A DNA stretch of 46,428 nt from a virus, in IMG/VR virus record IMGVR_UViG_3300027742_000004, positions 1-46,428 of that record. One strand, 5' to 3'. The notes beneath the pieces are model-generated. The model had not been told where the DNA came from, made no database searches, and saw only the letters and a program-made list of their open reading frames with translations. The position numbers and the translations under genes were made by a program. Every line of letters begins with the position of its first letter. Positions within the stretch are counted from its first letter, which is position 1. Shown one piece after another: positions 25,901-34,614 of this stretch.

Positions 25901-28900
25901 GTGCGATTGGCAAAGAGAACGTGCAGGGGCAGAAACTCGCTGACATCCTCGGCGGGACGATGGCGCAGCGTATCCTCGGTGAGCCGACCGGCACGATCGA
26001 AAAGCAAAACATTGTCGTCGGCGGCGACGGCTACGTGATTAGCTACGACCAGCAGATCAAGAAGTTCGTCGAAAAGTTCGCGAAGCGTTACGGCTCGAAA
26101 GTGACTGTCGACGCGACCATGCCGGACTTCGCGCGCGACACCGTCTCGGACCCTGTCGTACACGCGATCGAGAGTGTAGGCGCCGCGGAGGTACTGCGCA
26201 GACTACAAGCGCGACCGGATCACGACGCCGAAGCGTTCGCAGTGGCGCGGCGTGATTTTATCGCGGCGAGAGAAGCGTTCGTCACGGATGCGCGTCAAAC
26301 CATCGCGCGGCGTCAGCTACAGCTCGACGCAGACAGGAAATCTCTGATCGACGCGTGGGCGGAGCAAGGACGACCCGTACCGGAGCGTGAGCTCGCGGCG
26401 CTGGATCATCGACAGAGTAACCTCGCCCGTGACAGCGCGCTACTTGACGACATGGACGGGACAAATGACCGCTTTGACGGCGAAAGCGAGAAGTTGGCCG
26501 ACGCAAGTTTTGTCCGCGCGCTGCACAGCAAAGGTTACGATGTACAAGGCGTTCTGACCGCAGACGAGCTACCGCAAGGTGACGCGGTCTGGTCCGTCGA
26601 CATCACCGACAAGATGCGCGAAGCCGCGTCGCAGGCGCAGCCGCTGTTCCAGCGGCGGCCCGACGGCGCGCGCGGCTCGATCCTGCTACCGACGGAACCC
26701 GGCCGCGCGCCGCTGGTGTCGCTGTTCCCGAAGGCTGACCTGTCTACCTTCCTGCACGAGAGCGGGCACTATTACCTGCACGTCCTGCAAGACATCATCG
26801 CGCAAGGCGACGCGCCCGAAGGGCTCGCGAAAGACTGGGACACGATCCGCAACTGGTGGGCAGGGAATATCGAAGGGATCGCCAAGGACGGCGGCGTGTC
26901 TCAGGATCAGGTCGCGGTGTACCTGCGCGACGGGACGACCGGCGACATGGACATCGACCGCAAGGTGAACGTGGGCCTGCAAGAGCAGTGGGCGCGCGGG
27001 TACGAACAGTACCTGCTGGAAGGCAAGTCGCCGTCCCTCGCGCTGCGCACGGCCTTCGAGGCGTTTAGCGCGTGGCTGTTGAGCGTGTATCGTGGCGTAC
27101 GCGGCACGAACGTCGAGATCAACGACGAGCTGCGCGGGGTGTTTGACCGCCTGTTGGCGACCGATGAAGAGATCGCGTCGGCGTCGGCGGACAGCAACAT
27201 GGGCGAGCTGGTGGCTCGGTCTGCCGAGGCGCTCGGTGTCACGGAAGAAGAGTACCAACGGCTCGTCGAGCTGTCTAACGAAGCGCGGGACGAAGCACGT
27301 CAGCAGATGCTGCTGGATGTCATGGCGCCGGTGCGCCGCGCGCGGACTGCCGAGTACCGCGAAGAGCGCGCCAAGGTAGAAGCCGAGGTCCGCGACAAGG
27401 TGAACGCGAAGCCGGCGAACCGGGTTCGTGAATGGCTCGGCAACGAGCGGTGGCTGGGCGCGGGTGACGAAGACCCGAACCCGAGGAAGCTGCCGCTCGA
27501 CCTGCGGATCAATCGGCAGAGCGTGATCGACAACTACGGGCGCGAGGTGCTGGACGCACTGCCCCGAGGCAGTCGTCCGCTGACCACGAGCGAGACCACG
27601 CTGACCGCGGACGACGTCGCGGGCTGGTTCGGCTACCGCTCGGGCAGCGAGATGCTCGACGACGTCACGACGTCGCCCCGCGCGGAGGACGAGATCAAGG
27701 CGCGCACGGATGCGGAGATGCGCAGCCGGTACGGCGATCCGCTCGGCGACGGGTCGATCGAAGAGAGCGCGGTGAAGGCGCTGCACGGCGAGAAGCGCGG
27801 GCAGTTGCTCGCGGCTGAGCTGCGCGCGATCGGTAAGACCGCGCGCAAAGGCAAGACGACGACGCGCAGTCAAGCGCGTGAGATCGCCCGGCGCACCATC
27901 CGGGCGCTGCCGATCGCTAAGGCGGTGCGTAGCGGGCAATACCTCATGGCTGAGCGCCGCGCTGGTGAACGCGCGGCGCAGGCGGTGGCCCGCGGCGACA
28001 TGGACGAGGCGTATCAGGCCAAGCGCGAACAGCTGTTGAACCACCAGCTCTACATGGAGAGCAAAGCCGCGGACGAGGTGCTGTCGAAAGTCGAGAAACG
28101 CGTCGCCAAGCTGAAGAAAAAGTCCGTGCGCAAGAACCTCGCGGGTGAGTATCTCGAGGCGATTGACGACATCCTGACGTCGTACGACTTCCGTAAGTCG
28201 GTGACGCAGCGGCAGGCGCAGCGCCGGGCCGGGCTGGTGGCGTACGTCGAGATGATGAAAGCGGCGGGGCGCGAGAACGAGCTCGCGATCCCGGCGTACG
28301 TGCTCGACGAGGCCCGGCGCCGTCCGTACAAGACGCTGCCGGTGAACGAGCTCGAGGGCGTACTGGACAGCCTGCGCAACATCGAACACACGGCGCGCAT
28401 GAAGCAGAAGCTGCGCGACGCCCAGCGCGAGCGCGACCTGACCGCGACCGTCGAGGGCGTCACCGCGGAGATGGAAGCCAACCTGAAGGACAACGCGCCG
28501 AACCGGGTGGCTACGCCGGGCGAGCGCGCACGCGGCGGGTTGCGAGAGTTCGCGAACCTGCTGTTGAACGCGGACACTCTGCTGCGCAAGATCGGCGGGT
28601 TCGAGATGGGCGCCGCGTACGACGCGATCAAAGCGCCGATCGACGCCGCAGCGGACATGGCGTCCGTCATGCGCGCCGAGGCTGCCGAGGCGTTCGAGCA
28701 GCTGTACAGCGTATACAGCCGGGGCGACCGGCGGCGCATGGCGACGCGCGTGTTCTACAAGGAGCTCGGCGGGTCGTTCACGAAGTGGGACTTGATCTCT
28801 GCGGCGCTGAACATGGGCAACGCCGAGAACCTGTCGCGTCTGATGGACAAGGACAGCGGCGCGGGTTTCACCGCGGAGCAGGTCGACTTTATCAAGGCCA

Positions 28901-30495
28901 AGCTGGACGCACGCGATTGGGCGTTCGTGCAGAGCTCGTGGGATTACATCAACTCGTTCTGGCCGTTGATCGAAGCGCGTGAACGCCGGCTGACCGGGAC
29001 GGCGCCGAAGAAGGTGCAGGCCACTGAAGTCGACACGCCGTACGGTACGTTCGACGGGGGTTACTACCCGATCCGCTACCGTGGGGACATCTCTGGCATG
29101 GTGGCGTCTGAAGAGCTCGCCGAGGTCCAGCAGCGGATGATGGCCGGGCGGTTCGGCAAGGCGCAGACGCGCGCGGGGCACCTCGAAGAACGGGCCATGG
29201 GGTCCGGCGGGCGTGTCTTGCAGCTCGGCATGGAGGTCATGCACCAGCACGTCGGACAGGTGATCCACGATCTCGCCTTCTCGGAGGCTGTGTCGAATAC
29301 TTGGCGTGTCCTGCAAGACCCCCGTGTTCGCGGTATGTTCGAGCGTAAAGGTCTGCTGAAAGACCACCAAGCTCTCGAGCTGTGGGTGCAGGACACCGCG
29401 ACCGGGCAGCTGGCCGCGGGCGGCGTCTTCGGACGGCTGGCGTTGAAGGCGAAGAACGGCTTCACCCTGTCCAAGCTGGCGTTCAACCTGAGCACCGTCG
29501 CGATCCAGCTCACCGGCATCGCGCAGTCCATGGTCGTGATCGGTGCGAAGGACATGGCGGTAGGGTACAGCACGTACTTGTCGAACCCGATGCGCACGTC
29601 GGCGGAGCTGGTCGAGATGTCGCCGTTCATGCGCGAGCGTGAGACGACGTTCAACCGCGACATCAACGACATCCTTGGCGATGTCATGGTCGGGCCCGCG
29701 GCGTCGCGGTCCAAACGGTTCCAGCAGGGTATCGCGCGAGTAGGTTTCTGGCTGATGCAGAAGGTCCAGTTCTACGGGGTCGACGTGCCGACGTGGTACG
29801 GCGCGTACGCGCAGGGGCTGCGCAAATTCGCGACCGAGGAGAAAGCCCGCGCGTACGCCGACCGCATGGTCGCCCGCGCGCAGGCGTCGGGCGTCGTCTC
29901 GGATCGTTCGGCCTTCGAGCGAGGCACGCTGTCGGCGGACACCCGGCAGAACGGCTTCGTCCGGTTGTTCACCGCGCTGGGCTCGTACATGTTCGCGAAA
30001 GGGAACGTAGCGTACGAGGTCATGGGGCGCACGCGGCGGGACGTCGACGGCTTCAACGCGAAGAGCTTTGGTGCGGCGCTGAAAGGCGCGGCGGACATGA
30101 CGATGCTCTTCACGATCGAAGCGATCGCGTACAACCTGATAAAAGGCACGCTGCCCGGCATGGGCGACGACGACGAAGAAAGCTGGGCGCTGTTCCTCGC
30201 GAAAGAGACCGCGCTGTCGATGATGTCCACGATCCCCGGCGTGCGCGATCTGGGCTCGAGCCTGTCGGGTTTTGAAGCCGGCGCGTACGGGTCGATCCTC
30301 GAGACCATGACAAAGCCTGTGATCCAAGGCGCGCAGGGCGAGGCCGACATCGCGTTGTTCAAGGCGCTGAGCGGGGCGCTCGGCGTCGCGACGGGTCTTC
30401 CGTCGGGGCAGTTGAACCGCACTGTCGATGCGTGGTATAGGCTTGAAGAAGGTGAAGACGTTGCCCCGGTGGAGTTCATCATGGGGCGTAGATAG
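19951..30495 (+). CDS. Giant 3,514-aa internal virion/ejection protein, multi-domain (polyvalent)
   Basis: One uninterrupted ORF in the T7 gp16 position. Hydrophobic Gly/Ala-rich segments occur in the N-terminal region, and several hydrophobic helices in the last roughly 600 aa. HESGH (HExxH) is at 26755-26769 and HDAFGH at 23185-23202. Confidence 0.8.
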   Translation: MADERDEYLKWREADKVERGATTQADDYNAWRETQRDSAAQKALLAIESAKPAPGAVAAIGRASDATQMGYELPADLLTDDASELTKRVERNTRMQQLRASSKLAEWVAEDPINAALAQSELRSLSTLGGLLQSTAKVGDRVTRGSFYKVKADRAVATLDELQTVRADKTRSFGGIVDDLKDEIDTTNVDANPLYTVTKTYAKALSRFASSRLMFAGDEQLDAYEKELSGYVDKALAERSGYLEKLERDYGMSARVARGRQTIQDIGELEGVGAQLSGLGEFIVNDPGAFSEWMANVLIDSSPGLVAGAVATRVTGSPAAGATAMGLTSYSMSSSSAYDQFVREAGYDLRDPEQRAAFVNDPAARRKMKDRAFAYGAVVGIIDAASGGVAASTLAKNVYGEHILQAVTQAVMGSSGELLGQLASGQDINIIEVAIEGLAEFATAPLEATFVGGRYLQNLRSARQDQQFFEALATSAAGSDMRKKVPAKYREAVAKLTADGPLETLFVDAQGLDELFQSDPEGVTAEQFLSAVPNVDIAAFRRALTDGGVVEIPTASYASDIAGTRFDELVRDHLRTKPENMSAAELRAYRAQLEELSAQAQQAAEASESGQTELEKSAETARVELVSALRRAGRAPDIAEREALQAVAFARTLSARLGITMDAFLQRYPLAQVQGVLEASGGQVSRVTADAMARARSGDVNDPLATVLRGAAEAAGLDLATAEPAELEAAVEQVYGPAAGPVLLNQIGAPTVTGLDGAITPDFLRSDGWGVVTAARGVEADAEQNAALEAELRERGIQFKTMSGMYKGTPDGTSYMIFADAATVRELGAKYGQESVLTNEGLVYMDGSPSTALDPDDLAIGDDATAREFYSVMDDGTAWSAGFAEELTQGPVYDRAKIEARAAELAAEMQPLAGAPRVQGATGPDPMLVAVAEAYAEANGISYRRQAEFVEVDAERGERIAAAFEAMPATPDQKLTQAAYKQLIEQTRAQYDALVAAGYVFWFFDPNNDPYKGNPWGAMRDLRANRSMGVYPTDDGFGTSDLDVSQNPLLADTGLEWAYGTPDGETRPVTANDLFRAVHDAFGHGVEGAGFRARGEENAWQAHVRLFKGWAIAALTTETRGQNSWLNYGPHGEANRTAAVDETVFADQKAGLLPEWVWKEGIAEDEIPTVPVNGDGTVTLVHWSDEVRDTIDPAQAGTGPLRGVERNRRGPNKAFYGVSVGRPGGYRKENLGPIRHEVRVAARDLYDLARDPDGIVGRIPDDLPAAQRVGWVEEQIAAAGFRGYVVTNSSQGATAALFDAATPDSVRDDRTVELFQSGAQPDFFSALTQQVALAKQKSATAKDWKAIIGKLPGIKKAEIEWSGVYDWLDTQEGQVARETVAAFLRNNEVEVETLLRGGGDSSFEIYEDGYDTKDPDYAWLATETEEQLEFLREQFVDKMNDPTNEDFEGTDWTVADIPEADAEVLEERAHDNAYDAYYESADLEYRFTITDEEGDYRTEVVTRSGTDGSYEWEGDTYRNEDELHEAFRERYSTVGEGFVGEASWGEWVEDGGENYREILLTVPFLEDRGPNALRERVQPFVNKNHYDNPNIVVHARVNDRRAADGSRVLFVEEVQSDLGSFWRGKEVPTREQLRRLEAARIAYEDATNAQVEARAALWDEVERIAALPGTRLDTEKTSNAARQLHDLWVYRYAPSDSVERADQEFYATGPAAAQRRLLDAALPQRGDAEFDAVLGRYQELNEAHEAAVARGNEAAAELSRARDKTRNSQPMTPFEGEAYYALMMKRLLKMAAEQGADKLAWTPAYMQARRWSGAVQNVINEIRWSGDATAEFDTETSSVADLRASLATRAEAQRVLIDAMRDEVMREGGIPEAARGAVRVESTSYDVAEFVLSEDETVEPDPADYSTTFVAAVPVFRAALARLRDQAAPAAVTFDEAAASALTAAKTYSERTRTTVRTREVVLDGVNGTDVISVRTDTGEVVSGAIGKENVQGQKLADILGGTMAQRILGEPTGTIEKQNIVVGGDGYVISYDQQIKKFVEKFAKRYGSKVTVDATMPDFARDTVSDPVVHAIESVGAAEVLRRLQARPDHDAEAFAVARRDFIAAREAFVTDARQTIARRQLQLDADRKSLIDAWAEQGRPVPERELAALDHRQSNLARDSALLDDMDGTNDRFDGESEKLADASFVRALHSKGYDVQGVLTADELPQGDAVWSVDITDKMREAASQAQPLFQRRPDGARGSILLPTEPGRAPLVSLFPKADLSTFLHESGHYYLHVLQDIIAQGDAPEGLAKDWDTIRNWWAGNIEGIAKDGGVSQDQVAVYLRDGTTGDMDIDRKVNVGLQEQWARGYEQYLLEGKSPSLALRTAFEAFSAWLLSVYRGVRGTNVEINDELRGVFDRLLATDEEIASASADSNMGELVARSAEALGVTEEEYQRLVELSNEARDEARQQMLLDVMAPVRRARTAEYREERAKVEAEVRDKVNAKPANRVREWLGNERWLGAGDEDPNPRKLPLDLRINRQSVIDNYGREVLDALPRGSRPLTTSETTLTADDVAGWFGYRSGSEMLDDVTTSPRAEDEIKARTDAEMRSRYGDPLGDGSIEESAVKALHGEKRGQLLAAELRAIGKTARKGKTTTRSQAREIARRTIRALPIAKAVRSGQYLMAERRAGERAAQAVARGDMDEAYQAKREQLLNHQLYMESKAADEVLSKVEKRVAKLKKKSVRKNLAGEYLEAIDDILTSYDFRKSVTQRQAQRRAGLVAYVEMMKAAGRENELAIPAYVLDEARRRPYKTLPVNELEGVLDSLRNIEHTARMKQKLRDAQRERDLTATVEGVTAEMEANLKDNAPNRVATPGERARGGLREFANLLLNADTLLRKIGGFEMGAAYDAIKAPIDAAADMASVMRAEAAEAFEQLYSVYSRGDRRRMATRVFYKELGGSFTKWDLISAALNMGNAENLSRLMDKDSGAGFTAEQVDFIKAKLDARDWAFVQSSWDYINSFWPLIEARERRLTGTAPKKVQATEVDTPYGTFDGGYYPIRYRGDISGMVASEELAEVQQRMMAGRFGKAQTRAGHLEERAMGSGGRVLQLGMEVMHQHVGQVIHDLAFSEAVSNTWRVLQDPRVRGMFERKGLLKDHQALELWVQDTATGQLAAGGVFGRLALKAKNGFTLSKLAFNLSTVAIQLTGIAQSMVVIGAKDMAVGYSTYLSNPMRTSAELVEMSPFMRERETTFNRDINDILGDVMVGPAASRSKRFQQGIARVGFWLMQKVQFYGVDVPTWYGAYAQGLRKFATEEKARAYADRMVARAQASGVVSDRSAFERGTLSADTRQNGFVRLFTALGSYMFAKGNVAYEVMGRTRRDVDGFNAKSFGAALKGAADMTMLFTIEAIAYNLIKGTLPGMGDDDEESWALFLAKETALSMMSTIPGVRDLGSSLSGFEAGAYGSILETMTKPVIQGAQGEADIALFKALSGALGVATGLPSGQLNRTVDAWYRLEEGEDVAPVEFIMGRR

Positions 30496-30506
30496 GATAC
30501 ACGCAC

Positions 30507-33500
30507 ATGACCGTCTCTGAAAACGAAGCTCTCTATTCTGGCCCGTACCTCGGGGGCACCAGCGCGGTCGTCTTCGACTACGACTTCACCGCGCCGGCGG
30601 AGACCGATGTCCTCGTTCTGGTGACGAACGTATCCACGGGTGACCAGACTGAGCTGACGCTCGCGACGGACTACACGGTCGCCGGCGCGGGCGTGAGCGG
30701 CGGTGGCACGATTACCCTCGTGGACGCTGCCCGCGTCCCGGCGGGTTTCGTGATGAGCATCGCGCCCAACATTCCGTACAACCAGACACGCCCGTTCACC
30801 GCGCAGACGTCGACGACGTTGCCCGAGCTCGAGGCGGCGCTCGACAAGCTGACGCTGCTGACGCGCCAGCTGCTCGGCGACGTGACCCGCGCGATCAAAG
30901 TCCCGGTGGGCGAGGATTTCCCGTCCGATGCTGAAGCGTGGCTGCGGTCCTTCCTCAGCGCAGAGCTCGCCGCAGCGGTGGGCGCTGTCGGTTCGCTCGG
31001 TATGTGGCACGTCGACGCGGCGAGCGCGGGCACGTTCCGCGGGCTGTCGACAGGGCAGTCCCCTGTCGTACGCGCGACGACTGTGCCCGTCGGCGGCATC
31101 ATTCCCACGATCCCCGAGACCGTCCGGTTCTGGGACAACGCGACGGACACGTTCGTCGCCAGTGACGGTTCCGACGATTACCTGCTGAACTATGTGCCGT
31201 TGATCGCCAAACGCATCAACGAGCGTACGACGATCCCGGTTGACTGGATCGCGACCGGCAAGGGCGCGACCGGGATCGAAGGTTGGACCGGCAGCGCGGC
31301 GGACAGATCGACGCACACGGTGAACCTTGACGAAGCTGCGCTCGTGGGCGTGCTCGTCGGCGACGTCGTGAGCTGGCCGGCTGACGACGCCGTGTTCCCC
31401 GACGGCACGGGCGTCGTTACGGCGGTGACGGACAGCGGCGCGACCGGCGTGCTCAGTCTGCGCATCACCTCGGGCCGTTCGATGGGCGACAATTACCAGC
31501 TGTTCGACGAGAGCGGCGTGAAGATCGGACGCGTCAACGGCGAGCCGGACACGACGAACCGCGAGCAATTCGTCGAGATCGTTAACAAATTCGACAAGAC
31601 CGGCTGGACCGAACCGCTGCACTACTTCCTGTATGGTGGGTTCGAGGCGAACGGTCTGGACGCGCACGAGACTTTGATCTTCCTGCGCGACGAGTTCTAC
31701 GACGTCCTGATCGCGGAGCTCGAAGCGTTCGGCATCATCGGAAAAGACACCCGCATCGCGATCGTGTCCAGCTATCACAAGCTGGTCGACGAGTACATCG
31801 CATACGATTACAACCGGGCGCCCGGCGATCAGTACGTGATGGCGCAGCATGACGCGCGCGCGGTCTTCGTGCCGACGACCGGGCTGTCGTGCGAGCCCGC
31901 AGAAGAAGCGGTTAACGCAGGGGTGCATCTCGGGTTCGACGCGATCCAGAAAGTTCCTGACCGCTTCGAGGCCGCGCTGGTGTACGGAAACTCGGGCGCT
32001 AACCCGGCGGTGCTGGACGCGATGGACGCCTTTGGTAACCTTGGGTTTGCCCCGTGGGTCGAGCGTAACGCGGTCACAGCTGACACCACGCTGGCGCTGT
32101 CGCAGTGCATGGGCGGCGTCGTGCAGGTGGACACGTCCGGCGGGCCTATCACGCTGTCGCTGCCCGACCTGACCGCCGTGTCCGCGTGGCAGTCCGTGCG
32201 GCGCGCGTATAGCGTGTTCATCAATGTCACCGACGCGAGCAACCCGCTGACGATCGCGGGCAACGGCAAGAACTTCCGCACGCCGTCCAACCGCACGTCG
32301 CTGGCGACGCTGGAAGTGACTGGGACCGGGCTGGTCGAGATCATGTACCGCGGCAACTGGTACGTCTGGGATCACACGCACACGACAGACGCGTCGCCCG
32401 CCGTGATCCGCGACACCGCGCTGGCCGTCACCAACTCGGACAACCCGCTGAAACGGATGGAGTTCGTGCTCGACGATCTGGTCGCGTCGCGTACGCTGTA
32501 CGTCCCGGCGGTACACTTCGGCGAGATGGCGTTGATTACCGCCGACCCGGTCGCGAACCTCGCCGCGATCAACCAAGCCCTCGCGGACAGCGCGACGTCC
32601 GGGCGCCCGTTCCGCCAGATCGGGCTGGGCAGCATCCCGATCGACGGTATCATCCGCCCGCCCACGGGCGCGCGCTTCGTCTGGGAGATGTCGGGCTCGC
32701 AGCTGGTGCCGCAGAGCGACCAAGCGAACGGCTTTATCCGGCCCAGCGTTGACGCAAACTACATGACCGACGCGGACATCGTCGGCGTCCGTATCCGTCC
32801 CGAGGTCGACGGTGCGACTGGTCTGCTCTACACGGGCAACGGCATCGTGGGGCGGTTCCGGCGCTGCCGCGTCGACGGGCTGGACGTACACTACGAGGGC
32901 GATCAGGCGGGTCTGTTCGTCGTCGAAGACTGCACGTTCAACGACCTGCGCTACCACACGGACAGCACCGATGGCGGCACCGGCGGGCCGCGTGTCTTGG
33001 GCGGTCGCAACACCACGTTCCACAACACCGGCGGGAACTCGGGCGACGACGGCCCGCAGCTCACGCCGGCGAAGACGGGCGTGTTCGCGAACCTGAACAT
33101 CGACGGCGTTGTCTTCAACGGTGGCTGGGCGACGTCGCACGGGCGTCCGTTTATTGTCCTCGTCGACAGCACGCTGACATGCTCCATCACCAACAGCGGA
33201 ATGCGCAACATGGTCGGCGTTGGCGAGGATACTGTGTGGAACCCGAACGCCGAGGCGGTCGTCGTAGGCCATCGCGGCGCGACCGGCTGGTGTACGAACA
33301 TCATCATGGACAACATCCAGATCGACGAGGCGAGCCGCGCATCTGCCGTCGGAATTGCCTCCGGCCTGAAAGTGCAGGGTGCCGTGCGCAGCTCGGAGTT
33401 TGACGTGTCGGTCATTAACCCGGCGCGCCGCCTGCTGACCGTGGAGGACGACCCGACCACGCTTCGCGTCCCGATGGACAACACGATCCGCATTCGGTCG

Positions 33501-33851
33501 AACATGGCGCCGCGGAATACGGCGAGTGCGCAGACTGCGATCAGCGTCGCCCAAGGCACGCGCAACACGATCACCCCCGACATCGTCGCCCCGGCGGGCT
33601 CGCACGCTATTCTCGACGCGGGTACGTACACGCACATCAAAGACGGAAGCGTTCGAGACGTAGCTTCCGGCTTCGCGGGGCTGCGCGTCAGCGCCGGCGC
33701 CAACGCCCGCATGTCGGGCACGGCGCTGACCGGCGTCGGCAACGCGTACTCGTACGCCGCCGGGCCCGCGGCGACAGGCTGGGTTCACGACTGCGATCTC
33801 GGCGGGATGTCCGGCGTCGGCGCGGTGCTCACCAGCAACAACAAGCCGTAA
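30507..33851 (+). CDS. Tail fibre/tailspike with a probable esterase-like central region and a beta-helix C-terminal region
   Basis: The N-terminus (YSGPYLGGTSAVVFDYDF...DYTV...TLPELEAALDKLTLLTRQL) is typical of phage tail-fibre N-domains. The central blocks GQSP / GKGATGIEGW / YGGFEANG / GVHLGFD resemble SGNH/SASA esterases. The C-terminal part has repeated N/G/T/V-rich strands typical of pectin-lyase folds. Confidence 0.65.
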   Translation: MTVSENEALYSGPYLGGTSAVVFDYDFTAPAETDVLVLVTNVSTGDQTELTLATDYTVAGAGVSGGGTITLVDAARVPAGFVMSIAPNIPYNQTRPFTAQTSTTLPELEAALDKLTLLTRQLLGDVTRAIKVPVGEDFPSDAEAWLRSFLSAELAAAVGAVGSLGMWHVDAASAGTFRGLSTGQSPVVRATTVPVGGIIPTIPETVRFWDNATDTFVASDGSDDYLLNYVPLIAKRINERTTIPVDWIATGKGATGIEGWTGSAADRSTHTVNLDEAALVGVLVGDVVSWPADDAVFPDGTGVVTAVTDSGATGVLSLRITSGRSMGDNYQLFDESGVKIGRVNGEPDTTNREQFVEIVNKFDKTGWTEPLHYFLYGGFEANGLDAHETLIFLRDEFYDVLIAELEAFGIIGKDTRIAIVSSYHKLVDEYIAYDYNRAPGDQYVMAQHDARAVFVPTTGLSCEPAEEAVNAGVHLGFDAIQKVPDRFEAALVYGNSGANPAVLDAMDAFGNLGFAPWVERNAVTADTTLALSQCMGGVVQVDTSGGPITLSLPDLTAVSAWQSVRRAYSVFINVTDASNPLTIAGNGKNFRTPSNRTSLATLEVTGTGLVEIMYRGNWYVWDHTHTTDASPAVIRDTALAVTNSDNPLKRMEFVLDDLVASRTLYVPAVHFGEMALITADPVANLAAINQALADSATSGRPFRQIGLGSIPIDGIIRPPTGARFVWEMSGSQLVPQSDQANGFIRPSVDANYMTDADIVGVRIRPEVDGATGLLYTGNGIVGRFRRCRVDGLDVHYEGDQAGLFVVEDCTFNDLRYHTDSTDGGTGGPRVLGGRNTTFHNTGGNSGDDGPQLTPAKTGVFANLNIDGVVFNGGWATSHGRPFIVLVDSTLTCSITNSGMRNMVGVGEDTVWNPNAEAVVVGHRGATGWCTNIIMDNIQIDEASRASAVGIASGLKVQGAVRSSEFDVSVINPARRLLTVEDDPTTLRVPMDNTIRIRSNMAPRNTASAQTAISVAQGTRNTITPDIVAPAGSHAILDAGTYTHIKDGSVRDVASGFAGLRVSAGANARMSGTALTGVGNAYSYAAGPAATGWVHDCDLGGMSGVGAVLTSNNKP

Positions 33852-33861
33852 AGGATAGGTA

Positions 33862-34614
33862 ATGGAACGTAACTTCGACAAGAGCATGACCGAGGCGTAC
33901 AAACACGAAGGCGGGTACGTCGATCACCCCAGCGACCCCGGCGGCGCGACCAACATGGGTATTACGATCGGCACGCTGAGCGCGGCGCGGGGATACCGTG
34001 TCACCAAGCGCGACGTACGCAACCTCACACGCGCCGAGGCGTCCGGTATCTACCGCCGTAATTACTGGGACCGTGTCCGCGGTGATGATCTGCCTGCCGG
34101 TCTGGACTACGTCACGTTCGACGCCGCGATCAACTCGGGCCCGGCGCGCGGCGCCAAGTGGACACAGCGCGCGCTCGGTGTTGCTGCCGACGGTAAAATC
34201 GGCAACCTGACGATCAAGGCCGCCCGCGCGGCGCAGCCGATCCCCGCGGTGAAGGCGGCCTGCGCCGAGCGCCTGCGCTTCCTGCGCAGTCTTCGCAACT
34301 GGAAGACCTTTGGTCGTGGTTGGGGTCGACGTGTCGCAGAGGTAGAAGTGAAGGCTGTTGTCATGGCCGGCGCCACGTCTGTCGATCTGGCGCGCGAGGC
34401 CAAGACCGCGAAGAAGACGAGAGACGCGCAGGTGACCGGGGCTGTCGGCGGGTCTGCCGGGTCGCTCTCGCTGCCTTCGACGAACCTGCCCGAGCTGGTT
34501 ACGTACGGCGCCGTCGCGGTTGCAGTTGTCGTCGGTGTTGTGCTACTTATGCGGGCAGCACAGCAGGGCGCGCGGCACGCCGCCTACGTAGCAGCAGGAG
34601 CAAACAATGACTAA
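33862..34614 (+). CDS. Endolysin, GH108 muramidase plus PG_binding_3, with a C-terminal transmembrane segment
   Basis: EAYKHEGGYVDHPSDPGGATNMGIT is the GH108 signature. ...AADGKIGNLTI... is PG-binding-like. The C-terminus LVTYGAVAVAVVVGVVLLM is hydrophobic. Confidence 0.85.
   Translation: MERNFDKSMTEAYKHEGGYVDHPSDPGGATNMGITIGTLSAARGYRVTKRDVRNLTRAEASGIYRRNYWDRVRGDDLPAGLDYVTFDAAINSGPARGAKWTQRALGVAADGKIGNLTIKAARAAQPIPAVKAACAERLRFLRSLRNWKTFGRGWGRRVAEVEVKAVVMAGATSVDLAREAKTAKKTRDAQVTGAVGGSAGSLSLPSTNLPELVTYGAVAVAVVVGVVLLMRAAQQGARHAAYVAAGANND

Noticed and set aside
19951-30495. The giant ORF as an N4-like virion RNA polymerase
   Set aside because: The size is similar to N4 vRNAP. However, I could not find the single-subunit RNAP motifs (T/DxxGR, Rx3Kx7YG, HD-containing motif C). 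The genome is also not N4-like in size or gene order. Only profile or structure searches can exclude it firmly.
18176-33902. A chain of long minus-strand ORFs (for example 18176..20071, 20083..21972, 22003..23259, 23293..24900, 24964..26163, 26686..30327 and 29772..33902) opposite the giant ORF and the tail fibre
   Set aside because: These are the same GC-rich antisense artefact. They tile the complement of one continuous plus-strand frame that has sensible composition and motifs.
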